Positions 29,474-41,430 of a stretch of 64,000 nucleotides of DNA are shown one piece after another. Position 1 is the first letter of the stretch. Every line of letters begins with the position of its first letter. Both the position numbers and the translations under genes were made by a program. Origin of the DNA: Candidatus Bathyarchaeota archaeon. GTDB taxonomy: Archaea > Thermoproteota > Bathyarchaeia > 40CM-2-53-6. The DNA lies in assembly GCA_963833125.1 (NCBI GenBank), contig CAWHWX010000004.1, positions 96,001 to 160,000 of the forward strand, read 5' to 3'. Under the pieces are notes generated by a model that did not search any database, had not been told where the DNA came from, and was given only the letters and a program-made list of their open reading frames with translations.

Positions 29474-30242
29474 TTCAGTCAGAAGCAGCCAATCACTCCA
29501 GAAGAGGAGCATTTCCAGCCAAATTCTCGCCAGTATTCTAGTTAATTCGATTTATGAAATGCAGAACTTTCCGGTCGTTCTCATCAACACGGTTCTTTCC
29601 CCTCTCTCGTTTCTACTAGTGATCGTTTTCGTAAGTCACGGGTCGTTGCTTGGCGAGGCGATTCAGGGGGGGTTCATAATGAGCATGTTTTCTGCCGGTA
29701 TCGGACTTCAGGGAGACCTCTCCCACTTGAAGAATGATTTCAAACTTCAAGATATGGTTGTTAGCTCGCCGACCAGTTGGCAGGTTTACATGTTCGGGAT
29801 GGCGATCTCGGAACTAGTCTATTCTCTCCCGGCCCTCGTAGTTCTCGGAGTGCTTGCGTATTACTTCATGAGTTTGAGTGTTTTCGGCCTTTTGGCATTT
29901 GTTGGGGTGCTCATTCTTATGTTCCTAACTTCTATCGCAATCGGTTTCACTCTTTCAACATTCTCCACCGATATCGTGCAAAGCTTCGCCTTCTCGAGGC
30001 TAATTTCAACGCTCTTCTCGACGATTCCGCCGGTCTATTATCCGATTACGTACATTCCACTTCCTTACAGATACATAGCATATCTTTCTCCGACAACTTA
30101 TGCTGCGGAGCTTGCGCAGAATGCTGGTGGGTATCTTCCTCTATCGTTTACGTCAATCGTCTTAGCCTGGGCAATTTTGATTATCGTTACTGTATGTCTG
30201 TTTGTTCTTGCAGGAACCAAGGCTAGATGGAGAGAGATCTGA
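29466..30242 (+). CDS. ABC-2 type permease
   Basis: Multi-TM; PVYYP...LP...Y..YLSPTTYA ABC-2 signature; overlaps ATPase. Confidence 0.88.
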   Translation: MNDSVRSSQSLQKRSISSQILASILVNSIYEMQNFPVVLINTVLSPLSFLLVIVFVSHGSLLGEAIQGGFIMSMFSAGIGLQGDLSHLKNDFKLQDMVVSSPTSWQVYMFGMAISELVYSLPALVVLGVLAYYFMSLSVFGLLAFVGVLILMFLTSIAIGFTLSTFSTDIVQSFAFSRLISTLFSTIPPVYYPITYIPLPYRYIAYLSPTTYAAELAQNAGGYLPLSFTSIVLAWAILIIVTVCLFVLAGTKARWREI

Positions 30243-30316
30243 TTAAGGCTTGGGGCAGATCGGTGAAAGGGCGTTTTCGCGTATGTGATGTTCTTGAGAG
30301 ATTCGAACTCATTTGG

Positions 30317-31871
30317 TTATTCGGGTGGAAGTTCTTTGAAGACTAGGCTCAGATCCAGTCCTTTCTTTCCGTAGTACCATTTCCCTATCGGGTAGAGTAG
30401 TGCGCCAAGGATCCAGAAGAAGAGCATGATTGCCCATGACACTGGGTTGACTCCGTAGAATGGGAGGGCGAGCAGCTGGTAGGTTACGTATAGGAAGAAT
30501 GGTGCGACCAGTAAACCGGAGACTATGAGGGCGGGACCGGTACCTCCCAATTCCTTCTTCTTCCTCCATCCATAGATAATGGCCGTTATCCCGATGAAGG
30601 CGAAGAACACGCTGCCAAGTGCGGTGGTTGTGTAAAGTGATGTCCAGTTCGTTAAGTCGGCTATGAATACCATTGGAACTGCGACTATGAAGCTCAACAG
30701 CAGAGCCGCTGTTGGGGAATGAAACCGATCGCTGACGTGGGCGAGTTGGACCGGAATTAGCCGATCGAAACTCATTCCGAGGATATAGCGGGAGATCGAA
30801 AGAATGGTTTGTTGAAGCGAAGCTAGGTACCAGACGGCAAATGTTAGGTTCATCACCCACATCAAGGCGACATTATCGCGAATCGCAATCGTTGCGATAG
30901 TCAGCATGTTCGGGACTACGCCCATGCCATATAGCGCCCCGGGCCAGGAAATTGGTGCTTGCATTGCGAAGTTGAAACCCAAACCCCAATTGAACAATGC
31001 CACGAACCCGGCTAACAATACCCCACTGAAGACACCGGGGAGAATTGTGCCTATCCACGCTGACTTTTTTAAATTCTTGATTTCTCCCGGAGAACGCTGC
31101 AGCGTTGTTAACCCAAGGCAATGTGAAGAAGAGCCAAGGAAGGAGAAGTAGCACGCCAGAGAGCGACGCACCGGGGCCCGTGTACTGAGATGATATCTGG
31201 TTATATGAACTGCCGTTTTGTGTTAGGAAGTTTGAGACAGCACTCTGTATTCCCGTTGGGCCGAGGCCTAGAAAGACGCCCGCCATAATCAGCGTCCCTA
31301 TGAGAGGTATTATCGTTAGGATTGCAAGCAGGTGGAATCCCGATCGAGGTGATACTATGTCAACGGCTGTCACCGCAGCGATCAGGAACAATCCTAAGGC
31401 GATCAGCGCCGTTGGCGTTGTCATCATGGCTGAGAAGGAGGTTAAGCCAGTGTTTCCAGTTACGGCCGCAATTGTCGATAGGCTCGGCGCAAGTGAAAGT
31501 GTAACAAACCAGTTTGCTGACACGGCTAAGAAGGGTAGGCCAGTGAAGACGAAGCCGAGGACGAGTGCACCGCCCAATATGGGTCCAATGGTCCTGCTCA
31601 TCCACACGTAATCCCCTCCCGTTCTCCCTACTGAACGAACGATATGGTAGAAGATGAAGGCCTCGAAGATGACGAAGAACATTAACAACAGCGTGGCATC
31701 GACCGCGTTCCCACCGGGGTTCCCATCCGGAAAGAAGGAGTTCGCAATGTTAATTAGCAGCAGACCCGTGCCGAACCCTATTTCGCCAAGCATGGCAAAG
31801 AATAGTGTCCACGGGCTTACGCTCTTGACAAGACCCGTAGCTTCCCTAACGAAGACCTTTGGCTTCGACAT
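30317..31871 (-). CDS. APC-family amino acid permease (frameshift near 31088)
   Basis: FVREATGLV, RTGGDYVW, SGEIK, SRYILGMSFDR, FKELPPE. Confidence 0.88.
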
Positions 31872-31942
31872 GATCTAAGATGTCTGGGTCGATGCGGATT
31901 TAACATTTTTCAAGTATTACATACAATCGGAACTATCACCAT

Positions 31943-32617
31943 TTAACCCGGCATTTTTTCAAGAATGGAAAGGCTTGAGCTAGTTCCAATCCGACTCGCA
32001 CCCGCCTCCACCATCTCCAGCGCCTGTTCCATTGTTCTTATGCCGCCCGCGGCCTTCACACCCAGCCTTAAGCCAACAATCTCCCTCATCATACGAACGT
32101 CGTTAACAGTCGCTCCGGCCGAGCCGAATCCCGTGGAGGTCTTCACGAAATCAGCACCCCCCTCAACCGCCAATATACACCCCTTCTTCTTTTCAGCCTC
32201 ATTCAGGTAGCAGGTTTCAAGAATAACTTTCACAACCACTTTCTTCGCTTGAGCCTGTGCCAACTCTACGACGCTCTTTATCTCATCCAAAACATAGTTT
32301 TCGCGGTGTGAGCGGAGGGCGCTGAAGTTCATCACCATGTCGATTTCTTCAGCCCCTTGCGTTAGAACGCTTCTTGCTTCTTCGAATTTCACTTCCTTCG
32401 ATGAAAGCCCGAAGGGAAATGAAACAACGCTACATGTCCTCACACGTGAACCTTTGAGGGCAGCTGCTACTATTGGCACGTGTGTGGGGTTGACGACAAC
32501 AGCAGCCAATCCGAGGTCGACGGCCAATTTGCAACCATTCTTAACGTCCTCTTCCGTTGATTCAGGACGTAGCACTGAGTGATCTATCATGCCTGCCAGT
32601 TTCGTTCGAGATATCAA
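31943..32617 (-). CDS. deoC: Deoxyribose-phosphate aldolase
   Basis: IDHSVL, EIDMV, KVILET, FVKTSTGF, KAAGGIR, RIGTS. Confidence 0.96.
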   Translation of the reverse strand: MISRTKLAGMIDHSVLRPESTEEDVKNGCKLAVDLGLAAVVVNPTHVPIVAAALKGSRVRTCSVVSFPFGLSSKEVKFEEARSVLTQGAEEIDMVMNFSALRSHRENYVLDEIKSVVELAQAQAKKVVVKVILETCYLNEAEKKKGCILAVEGGADFVKTSTGFGSAGATVNDVRMMREIVGLRLGVKAAGGIRTMEQALEMVEAGASRIGTSSSLSILEKMPG

Positions 32618-34033
32618 GTTCCTTGCGATTCCCTTGCACTCTTAATTGCATGAAGTGCTAGTTTAGTTGCTCTCCCCAGGAGTTCGCGCGCCCGTTCGAT
32701 AGTTCCTCGCTTCAGCATTGCATCTGAGTAAGGGCTCAGTGCCAGAAGCTCTAACCAAGAACCATGATGAGTCGGGGTACTCCACCTTTAATCCATCAAT
32801 CGTTGACGTTCGTGACATACCCTTACTCTTCCAAGAGAGGTTAACAAATTCCATCGCTTTGTCTTTCAACTGATCTGGGCATTGCATTTGCGTCTTCATC
32901 TGGTGAAGCCTCGGGAGGCCGTTGCGAAGTTGCCCCAATGTCAATCCATAAGTTTTCATGATCTGAAGGAGTTTGCCCGAGCTTACCGCTGCGTCGCCGT
33001 ACAGTAATAGGTTGGGCCAAATATGTTTCCCAGACTCCTCGGTCGCGAAAATCGCATTCTCAGTGGATCGTAATGCTTCAGCAATTGCCGGAGGTCCAAC
33101 TTTAGTGACCTTAAGGCTCCCTCCATATTTCTGACATAGGGATTTCAAAATGCTCGATGTATTCACAGTGCTGACGACTATTCCGGCACGACTTTTCTGT
33201 AACTCTTCCTTCGCGAGAAGGGCGCCGGTTAGATCACCCCATAAGACGTTGCCCCGTTCCGTCACGAAGAGAGCACGATCGCCATCGCTATCAGTTCCGA
33301 CTCCCAAGTCCGCCTTGGTTTCCTTTACCATACTCGAGAGTTGGGTGAGAGTGGAAGGTTGAGGGTTTGGTGAGCGTGCGGGAAATCGACCGTCGGGGCG
33401 CCCGTTAATCGTTACAACCTTGCACCCGATTCCCTCTAATACACGGCCAAGAGTCGCGCAAGTTGCACCGTTACCCGGATCCACGACAACCTTGTAACCG
33501 CCAACATTTCCTATCTGTTTCTCGACCCATCGCACATAACTATCAAGAATCTCCAGCGATGTAACAGAGCCCTTTGTGCCACCTATCCTAGAACTTGTGG
33601 TTTCTGACCAGTATAATCTTTCGAATGTTCCTTCCTCATTAGGACCCATCTCACCCGTATCCGAGAGGAAGAACAAGACCCCACCAATCTCTGCTGGCGT
33701 ATGGCTGCCAGTTACCATTACGCCGGCTGAAGCTTTCGACTCCTTCAACGCACATAGTAAGGCGGGGGTGGGGACGAGCCCACAATCAACGACATTTACG
33801 CCCCCTCCCACTAGGCCAAGCATTAAGTCACTTTGGATCCTCTTAGAATGAAGCCTCACATCCCGGCCAACAAACACGGTCCCCTGATTTTCGAGAAATG
33901 CTGCAAATGTCCGCCCGAGTCTATTTACAAACTGAGGAGTCAGAACCGTGTCCGCTGATCCTCTGATGCCTGAAGTGCCGAAAAGTCTCCGAGAAGGGTT
34001 GTGCAGGGAGGTCCAGCTCTTTGTCGGCTGCAA
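32614..34033 (-). CDS. Alpha-D-phosphohexomutase superfamily, probable phosphopentomutase (frameshift near 32705)
   Basis: FGTSGIRG, TGSHTP, DSDGDR, RASGTEP; repaired C-terminus ends in TTGA overlap with deoC. Confidence 0.85.
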
Positions 34034-34133
34034 GTCCTCATCCCATTGATTGATCTATCGCAGAGAAGAGTGCATCATTACTAGTGATTGGACGCCCTTG
34101 ACTTTGCATTTTCTCAAATCTGATCGTATCATT

Positions 34134-35111
34134 CTACACGTAATCGCTTCTCTTTACAGTGCCTACGACAGGTTCATGATTTAGGAATCTTCTCACGTTC
34201 TCAGCAGCATACACCGCAGCCTTCTCAACCGAGTGTGGAACTAGGCCGGAGTTATGTGGGGACCCTAAGAAGTTGGGTAGTTCCACGAATGGGTAATTAG
34301 TACGAAACTTTCCATCGCGTAAAGGTTCGTTCCACCAGGCATCTACCGCTGCTGTGAAATTCGTATTCGCCTTCAACTTTTCGTACAGTGCGGCTTCGCT
34401 AATTATGTCTCCGCGAGCTACGTTCACGAGAATAGCATTATCCTTCATCCAATTCAGCTCCCGCCTACCTATGAGGCCCCGGGTTGAATTCGTTAACGGA
34501 AGCGCAACAACGACTACGTCAGCGAGCCGCAATACGTATTCGAGACTATCGAGAGTTCCAGCAAATTCAACCGATTCAACTGTTTTCCCACTAGTATTGA
34601 CCGCGTAGATTTTCACGCCAAAGCAGCGTAAGAGGTGAGCAGTGGCTTTCCCGACCCCTCCGAATCCCAAGATCGCACACGCGGACCCTTTCAACAAACG
34701 ATTCGCGTTGGTCTGGTCAAATATGCCATTCTTGAGCTTGTCGTGCCGATCCAGGAGGTTCTTGGTCACTGCCAAGGTCATTGCCAGTATGTGTTCTGCC
34801 ATCGATTCGGCGTAGGCTCCAGCATTACCAGCAATCGTGAGGGTGGAGGGTAGCTGAGAGAATGGAAGGTGATCTACTCCAGCGGACAGTAGTTGCATCA
34901 TCCCAACACTCGAGATCATTTCAAACTCTTCAGGATGCAGTTCGCGTGCAGGATGCCATGAAATCAACACGGTCGCTGCTGCTAATTCTCGCGAACGTTC
35001 TTCCGGTGAAACATCTGAAAGAAAAATTACTCTGCTCATTTGGCCTAGAACTTGGAGTAGAGCGTCCCTCAGCCCGTCGTCAGCAGAGAAAGTAACCACA
35101 ACCGTCGTCAT
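34134..35111 (-). CDS. D-2-hydroxyacid dehydrogenase
   Basis: GFGGVG, LPLT..T, VNVARG, DAWW, SPHNSG. Confidence 0.9.
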   Translation of the reverse strand: MTTVVVTFSADDGLRDALLQVLGQMSRVIFLSDVSPEERSRELAAATVLISWHPARELHPEEFEMISSVGMMQLLSAGVDHLPFSQLPSTLTIAGNAGAYAESMAEHILAMTLAVTKNLLDRHDKLKNGIFDQTNANRLLKGSACAILGFGGVGKATAHLLRCFGVKIYAVNTSGKTVESVEFAGTLDSLEYVLRLADVVVVALPLTNSTRGLIGRRELNWMKDNAILVNVARGDIISEAALYEKLKANTNFTAAVDAWWNEPLRDGKFRTNYPFVELPNFLGSPHNSGLVPHSVEKAAVYAAENVRRFLNHEPVVGTVKRSDYV

Positions 35112-35288
35112 GGATTCACTCGAACCCTTCACTAATTCAGAAGTAGGGACACTATTTGAAGTCTGCAATCAACAGCAAGCAGCCGCAGTTTCAACCCGCA
35201 AATGCTCGCACAATCGCCAACCGGATCCAGATATCAGCTTTATTTGACTGGGAAATTGAATGCGACATAGAAGCTGTGGCTGCTGCCT

Positions 35289-36479
35289 ATGTTTGACATA
35301 TCTGAGGCGAAAGCCGTTGAGAGGGAGATAATCCAGGTCAGGAGGACGATTCACATGCACCCGGAGTTGTCCTATCATGAGGTTGAAACGGCTAAACTGG
35401 TCGCCGGGAAACTGAGTGCTTTGGGCATCTCTGTACAGACAAAGGTTGGTGGTACGGGTGTTGTTGGACTGCTGAAGGGAGCTAAGGAAGGGAAAGTAGT
35501 TGCGCTGAGAGCCGACATGGACGCACTGCCGGTTAGTGAGAATGTGGACCTGCCATTCAAGTCGAAACGGGATGGAGTCATGCATGCCTGCGGTCATGAC
35601 ACACACGTCGCTATGTTGCTTGGAGCTGCAATGCTACTTTCAAAACATCGAAATGACCTGCATGGGCAGGTGAAGTTTCTCTTTCAACCTGCGGAGGAAG
35701 TGGGAGGGAGAGGAGGCGCTAAGCCGATGATAGATGATGGAGCGATGAATCGCCCAAAGGTCGATTATGTCTTTGGTTTACACATTAGCGGGACAGAGCC
35801 TTCGAATGTATTCGCCTTGCGGCCCGGTCCAATAATGGCTGCTCCCAACACTTTCAAAATTAGAATAATAGGTAAGGGAGGACACGGATCCTCACCCCAC
35901 AACGCCGTCGACCCAATATTCGTATCGGCACAAGTAATCACAGCCCTTCAGGGAATCACGAGCAGAATGATCGATCAGCGTGAGCCATTTGTTATCTCAG
36001 TCTGCAGCATCCATGCTGGGACCAAGGATAACATCATCCCGGACGAAGCTCTTCTCGAAGGAACGATTCGCACGTTCGATGAGAAAACTAGGGCTCGAGC
36101 GAAAAAGTACGTCACCTCTGTTGCTAAATCGGTTAGCCGGGCCTTCAAAGCTAAGGCTGTGGTTGACTTTAAGGAAAATGAATATCCCGTCACGGTCAAT
36201 GATCCTTTAGTGACGAACAAGGTCGTCCATCTACTGAAAACGATCCATGGAACTAGGACATTAGTCTGTAAGCCCGTCATGGGTGCAGAAGATTTCTCAA
36301 GGTTCCTCCAGAAAGCCCCAGGAACTTTTTACTTTCTGGGCACAATCAACGCGAAGAAAGGCTGCACGAACACAAACCATAGCTCAAAATTCAAAGTAGA
36401 TGAGGATGTTCTGAAATACGGTTCCCTTTCACTGGCTAAACTTGCCTATGAGTTTGGCAAGCCAAGTGCTCATGGGTAA
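35289..36479 (+). CDS. M20 amidohydrolase / carboxypeptidase (CpsA-like)
   Basis: HMHPELS, LRADMDALP, MHACGHD, FQPAEE, GAEDF. Confidence 0.93.
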   Translation: MFDISEAKAVEREIIQVRRTIHMHPELSYHEVETAKLVAGKLSALGISVQTKVGGTGVVGLLKGAKEGKVVALRADMDALPVSENVDLPFKSKRDGVMHACGHDTHVAMLLGAAMLLSKHRNDLHGQVKFLFQPAEEVGGRGGAKPMIDDGAMNRPKVDYVFGLHISGTEPSNVFALRPGPIMAAPNTFKIRIIGKGGHGSSPHNAVDPIFVSAQVITALQGITSRMIDQREPFVISVCSIHAGTKDNIIPDEALLEGTIRTFDEKTRARAKKYVTSVAKSVSRAFKAKAVVDFKENEYPVTVNDPLVTNKVVHLLKTIHGTRTLVCKPVMGAEDFSRFLQKAPGTFYFLGTINAKKGCTNTNHSSKFKVDEDVLKYGSLSLAKLAYEFGKPSAHG

Positions 36480-36560
36480 GACCAAGATGCGTTACTTCCC
36501 TTGGACTCTAGCATGCAAGCTTCATTAGTGATTCGTATACACAACTTGACGTGATTAGCC

Positions 36561-37544
36561 TTGGAATATCGTGAATTGGGACGCACAGGCATGCGCGTTT
36601 CGGTTGTAAGTTTTGGAGCTTGGCCGATCGGTAGCGACTGGGGCCATGTTGATGATAAGGAGTCGTACGCAGTTCTGAATCGCGCGATCGATCTGGGCAT
36701 TAATTTTATCGACACGGCGGACGTTTATGGTGACGGCCGCAGCGAGAAACTGATTGGGCGACTTTTGAAAGAGCGCAAGGAAGAAATTTTTGTGGCCACG
36801 AAGGCCGGGCAACGGCTTGACCCACATGTTTCGGAGGGTTACAATCTGAAGAACATCGAGGGCTTCGTCGACCGTAGCCTCGAGAACCTGGGCGTAGATT
36901 CAATTGACCTGCTGCAACTGCACTGCCCGCCTACTCCGGTCTATTCTCGGCCTGAGGTTTTCGAAGCTCTTGACCATTTGAAATCTAAGGGCAAGATCCG
37001 AAATTATGGTGTGAGTGTTGAGAAGGTAAGTGAGGGATTGAGATCTATCGAATACCCGGGCGTCCAAAGTGTCCAAATCATATTCAATATGTTCCGCCCG
37101 CGACCAGCGGAAGAGTTCTTTCCGAAGGCTAAGGAACGCAAAGTTGGGATATTGGCACGTGTCCCGCTCGCAAGCGGCCTACTTACCGGCAAAATAACTG
37201 CCGAAACTAAGTTTCCCCGCGATGATCACAGAAACTACAACCTCCATGGGGAATCTTTCGATAGAGGCGAAACCTTCTCTGGAGTTGACCTCGACAAGGG
37301 CTTAGAGGCGGTGAAAGAGTTGAAACAGTTAGTTCCTGGTGGGATGAATCTCACACAAATGGCTCTCAGATGGATTTTGATGTTCGATGCAGTGACTTGT
37401 GCAATCCCAGGAGCTAAACACGTTGAACAGATAGAAGACAATGCCCGCGCCGGCTCGCTGGCACCCTTAGACAGTAAAACCATGACCGACGTTCAGTCAG
37501 TTTACGAAAGATGGGTTAAACAGCAAATTCACCCAATTTACTAA
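36561..37544 (+). CDS. Aldo/keto reductase
   Basis: DTADVYG, ATK, DLLQLH, RVPLASGLL, IPGAK. Confidence 0.93.
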   Translation: MEYRELGRTGMRVSVVSFGAWPIGSDWGHVDDKESYAVLNRAIDLGINFIDTADVYGDGRSEKLIGRLLKERKEEIFVATKAGQRLDPHVSEGYNLKNIEGFVDRSLENLGVDSIDLLQLHCPPTPVYSRPEVFEALDHLKSKGKIRNYGVSVEKVSEGLRSIEYPGVQSVQIIFNMFRPRPAEEFFPKAKERKVGILARVPLASGLLTGKITAETKFPRDDHRNYNLHGESFDRGETFSGVDLDKGLEAVKELKQLVPGGMNLTQMALRWILMFDAVTCAIPGAKHVEQIEDNARAGSLAPLDSKTMTDVQSVYERWVKQQIHPIY

Positions 37545-38117
37545 CTAGATCCATGCGGGTGACGACCCATACATGGGGTCCTGTTCGCATCTATCCTTGA
37601 TGCAGCTTGTCTGATGGATTGATGTGATTTTGTGTGGCAAACAATCTCTGAAATGAGACTGAAACGTGTTTGTCAAATTTGGCTTGTATTTGCCAATCCC
37701 TGAGCATCCCCATGCAAACAATCCTATCTGCAATGCGAGATACTTTCGCTGAGTTTTGATTTGATTGTTTGCAAGCACTCTTGTTTACGACCGCGGCGAA
37801 GTTCAGGTAGATGCTTATGGCTACGGCGAGCAGATTTGGAAGATATCGGAGACACCTTCCACTTCTGATAGCAGTTGTTTTCTTCGCGACTGGGGATTAT
37901 ATGTCGTTAATTCGGCTACTTCGATTCGTCTTCTAACCACTTCTAATTTTCCCTAAACACGTCCTAAAACTAACACGATTACTATTTCATCCGAACCGGA
38001 TTCGTCGGTCGGCGTTTTGACTTGAACAGTTTATTCGTTTTTAGTCAACGTTAGGTGAAGTCCGTACGTAATCCTAAATACTCGCGGCAACAGGGCGCGG
38101 AGTGGAGAAGTTTTCCT

Positions 38118-39743
38118 ATGCCTTCTTCTAAGAAAGTCAAGAAGAACCCGACTAAGGCTTCATCGAAAGCCGGCAAGGTAGTTCGTATCACATACGCCAC
38201 ATTGAGAATCACGCCTGAAGATGACAGGGCATACGATCATGCCGTTGAACAGGTGCGTGCACAGCTCGGCGGCCATTTCGCCATGTACGTGAATGGCGAA
38301 AAATGGGTTGGAACGGGGGAGGAGATGTCACACCCAAGCCCAATCAACACTGGGATCATGGTGAGCCATTTCCCGAAGGGAACACGAGACGACGCGATAG
38401 CGGCAGTAGATGCAGCACAAGAAGCTTACACGAAGTGGAGCGAGACACCATACAAGGAACGTGTGAAACTTCTACGCAAAGCCGCCGACATCATCGTCGA
38501 GAGACGTTACGAATTATCGGCTTGGATGGCCTTTGAGGTAGGCAAGAACCGAGCAGAGTCATTGGCGGAGGTGAACGAGGCCGCTGAACTCATACGGTAT
38601 TATTGCGACCAGATGGACGTGAATAGAGGTTTCTTGAAGCAACTCGAATCCCCCGGCCCTGGACAGGAGACTGTTAGCGTTCTCAGGCCGTACGGTGTTT
38701 GGGCTGTGATCGCACCCTGGAACTTCCCACTAGCGCTATCCACTGGCATGACTGCTGGGGCAATGACTGCGGGGAATACCGTGGTCTTCAAACCCTCAAG
38801 CGAATCCCCTGTACTCGGCTACGAGTTGACCCGAGCCTACGCCAAAGCCGGAATCCCGCACGGCGTCTTCAACATGGTCACCGGCCCGGGAGGATCGGTG
38901 GGGACTGAGTTACAAGAGAACGAGGACGTGGACGGGATGATCTTCACCGGCTCCAAGGCTGTTGGAACCGGCCTATACCATCACTTCGCGAAAGACTATC
39001 CCAAACCCGTCATAACTGAAATGGGCGGAAAGAACCCTGCAATAGTGACCAGCAAAGCCGACATCGACCAAGCCGCGGAAGGCATAGTCCGAGCCGCGTT
39101 TGGTTTTGGAGGCCAAAAATGCAGCGCATGCTCACGCGTATATGTGGAGAAATCGGTCAAAGACAGGTTCACAGCGGCATTGAAGAATTACACGGAAAAA
39201 CTTGTGAAATTAGGCGACCCGATTAAGAAAGAGACATTCCTCGGCCCACTCATCAACAAAGGCGCAGTGGAAACCTACGTGCAGGCGGCATCCGAGTCGA
39301 GAAACGGCGGAGGAACGTTTCCGTACGGAGGAAACCAGGCAAAAGGTGACGGATTCGAGAATGGATACTTTGTAGAGCCAGCAATAGTCGACAACCTCCC
39401 TCTAGCTCACCGGCTCTTCAAGGATGAGTTGTTCGTTCCATTCCTTGTTGTCGGGACGGTGGGATCTCTCAACGAGGCGTTGGAGTTGTCTAATGATTCG
39501 GAATATGGGCTATGTGCGGGCATTTACAGCAAAGACAAAAAAGAGTTAGCGACATTCTTCGACTGCGTAGAAGCAGGAGTCACGTATGCGAATAGGCGGG
39601 CAGGAGCGACGACCGGAGCCTGGCCTGGGATTAACTCCTTCGGGGGCTGGAAGGGAAGTGGGTCAACAGGCAAAAGCGGGCTAGGCCCGTACTACGTGCC
39701 ACAATTCATGCGCGAACAATCACGTTGGACCGTAAACAAGTAG
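38118..39743 (+). CDS. Aldehyde dehydrogenase, P5C-dehydrogenase-like
   Basis: PWNFP, FTGS, EMGGKN, GQKCSA, FGGWKGSG. Confidence 0.9.
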   Translation: MPSSKKVKKNPTKASSKAGKVVRITYATLRITPEDDRAYDHAVEQVRAQLGGHFAMYVNGEKWVGTGEEMSHPSPINTGIMVSHFPKGTRDDAIAAVDAAQEAYTKWSETPYKERVKLLRKAADIIVERRYELSAWMAFEVGKNRAESLAEVNEAAELIRYYCDQMDVNRGFLKQLESPGPGQETVSVLRPYGVWAVIAPWNFPLALSTGMTAGAMTAGNTVVFKPSSESPVLGYELTRAYAKAGIPHGVFNMVTGPGGSVGTELQENEDVDGMIFTGSKAVGTGLYHHFAKDYPKPVITEMGGKNPAIVTSKADIDQAAEGIVRAAFGFGGQKCSACSRVYVEKSVKDRFTAALKNYTEKLVKLGDPIKKETFLGPLINKGAVETYVQAASESRNGGGTFPYGGNQAKGDGFENGYFVEPAIVDNLPLAHRLFKDELFVPFLVVGTVGSLNEALELSNDSEYGLCAGIYSKDKKELATFFDCVEAGVTYANRRAGATTGAWPGINSFGGWKGSGSTGKSGLGPYYVPQFMREQSRWTVNK

Positions 39744-39751
39744 GGATCGAT

Positions 39752-40190
39752 ATGGGGCAGGAAACGGAACAGAAGAAACGAATATTTCTGGTCAACATGA
39801 CGAGTGTTCCGGTAGAGGTTTTGGACAAGAAGGGTGCAGATAGAACCCAAGTTCAATACTTGGTTGATGATCGGCATGGGTCCGACCGATTCGCGCTGCG
39901 CCTCTACACGGTTCAAGAAAGGCGGTCACACACCGCTCGACCAGCACCCGTACGAACATCATGTATACGTCATGAGCGGTGAAGGGTTGCTGAGACAATC
40001 AAAACAACCGAACGCACCCTTGCGATCGCTGAAGGCAGGGGACACGCTCTTCATACCTTCAAACGCCGTCCACCAATTCAGTAACGACAGGGACAAACCA
40101 TTCACGTTCCTATGCGTCAAAGGCAACCCCAAACTCTACGCAAGCCCAGAGCAATCCGCTCCCGAGGATACAGAGCGAAATTACTGCTAA
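39752..40190 (+). CDS. Cupin-domain protein (frameshift near 39915)
   Basis: GGHTP..QHPYEH.VYV..G, GDTLFIP...HQF. Confidence 0.85.
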
Positions 40191-40290
40191 CTCAATAAAT
40201 CGACGCCCGTATAGCCTGTCAGATCGGATTCCGCCAACAAATCTCATGAAACTATGCCACAAACAAAAATTCATCGAGTATGGATAGGAA

Positions 40291-41430
40291 CTAGTTTGCT
40301 CTCGTGAGCATGTGATAAAGGACCTGGGTGAATTCCTCGAGACGTTTGATGTTGATGTATTCGTCGGCTATGTGCGCTACCTCCCCAGGCCCCATGATTA
40401 CCGTTTTGATACCAGCTTCGTTGAAGTAAGTTGAGTCGGTTCTGCCTGATTCAACCTTGAATTCTGGAGAATAACCGAGCACCTGCTGCGTAGAGTCCGT
40501 TGCGAGGGTGACGGCCGGGTGGTTTCGTGGTATGAGGTATGATTTTTGAGCATTCATGTATGAAACTCGGAATTCCACATCCTTCACCGTGTCCAGGGCG
40601 CCTTGCACCTGTTCCTTGACTGGGGCCCATTCCTCGTTTGGGAGTACGCGTCGTTCACAGGTTATCTCGCACTCACCTGGGACAATGTTGATCGCTATAC
40701 CGCCCTTGATCATGCTTACGTTGAGTTCAGTGTATGCTTCATGCCCGTCCAGTGTCATGCGTACGGGGGGAAGTTTTCGCAATGCTTCCACTACCTTGAC
40801 CATATCATAGATCGCGTTCCTTCCCTCACGAGGATCAGACGAGTGTGCCTCTTTCCCAAGGGTCGTGACCTTGAAACCTACCCTTCCACCGCATCCAAGT
40901 GAAACCATCAACCGACTCTTCTCGACGGTTCCCTCGACGTTGATTCCGAATTGAGATTCGAGATGGTGATGTTTTAGAAAGTAGGGTGTTCCAAGCCAAG
41001 TCTCACCTTCAAATACCGTGTTGTTATCCTCGTAGTTCGAAAACAAGACCTCAAGCTTCCGGAACCGACATGCCTTCAACCTGCCTAAGACATTCAGGAT
41101 TGAGGCCGCGGAGCCCTTATCGTCCGACGATCCAAGCCCATACAGCCTATCCCCTTCCACTGACGCATGTACCGGGTCCTTGGTCCATCGTGGTGTGGAT
41201 GGGACCGTGTCGAAATGGCAGTTGATGAGGAAAGCCCCCTCTCCGCCCTGGTAGATTTTTTCAGCGAAGACGTTGTTGAGTTTGTCAACTTCAACTCTAA
41301 ATCCCAACCTTTGTGTTTCAGTCGCTAAGAATTTCGCGCATTCCTGCATCCCGTTTTTTTCGTAGGTGGGGAATTCAATTAGCTTGCTCAGAATATCGAC
41401 TGAGTTTGAGTGGTTGGCTGTTGCTGACAT
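40291..41430 (-). CDS. M20 ArgE/DapE-like metallopeptidase/deacylase
   Basis: CHFDTV, GLGSSDDKG, GKEAHSS, NAI, GRTD, AHIADE. Confidence 0.9.
   Translation of the reverse strand: MSATANHSNSVDILSKLIEFPTYEKNGMQECAKFLATETQRLGFRVEVDKLNNVFAEKIYQGGEGAFLINCHFDTVPSTPRWTKDPVHASVEGDRLYGLGSSDDKGSAASILNVLGRLKACRFRKLEVLFSNYEDNNTVFEGETWLGTPYFLKHHHLESQFGINVEGTVEKSRLMVSLGCGGRVGFKVTTLGKEAHSSDPREGRNAIYDMVKVVEALRKLPPVRMTLDGHEAYTELNVSMIKGGIAINIVPGECEITCERRVLPNEEWAPVKEQVQGALDTVKDVEFRVSYMNAQKSYLIPRNHPAVTLATDSTQQVLGYSPEFKVESGRTDSTYFNEAGIKTVIMGPGEVAHIADEYINIKRLEEFTQVLYHMLTRAN

Noticed and set aside
37545-38050. ~500-bp unassigned region with short ORFs (e.g. MLMATASRFGRYRRHLPLLIAVVFF...)
   Set aside because: No motif, repeat or clear expression signal that supports a call
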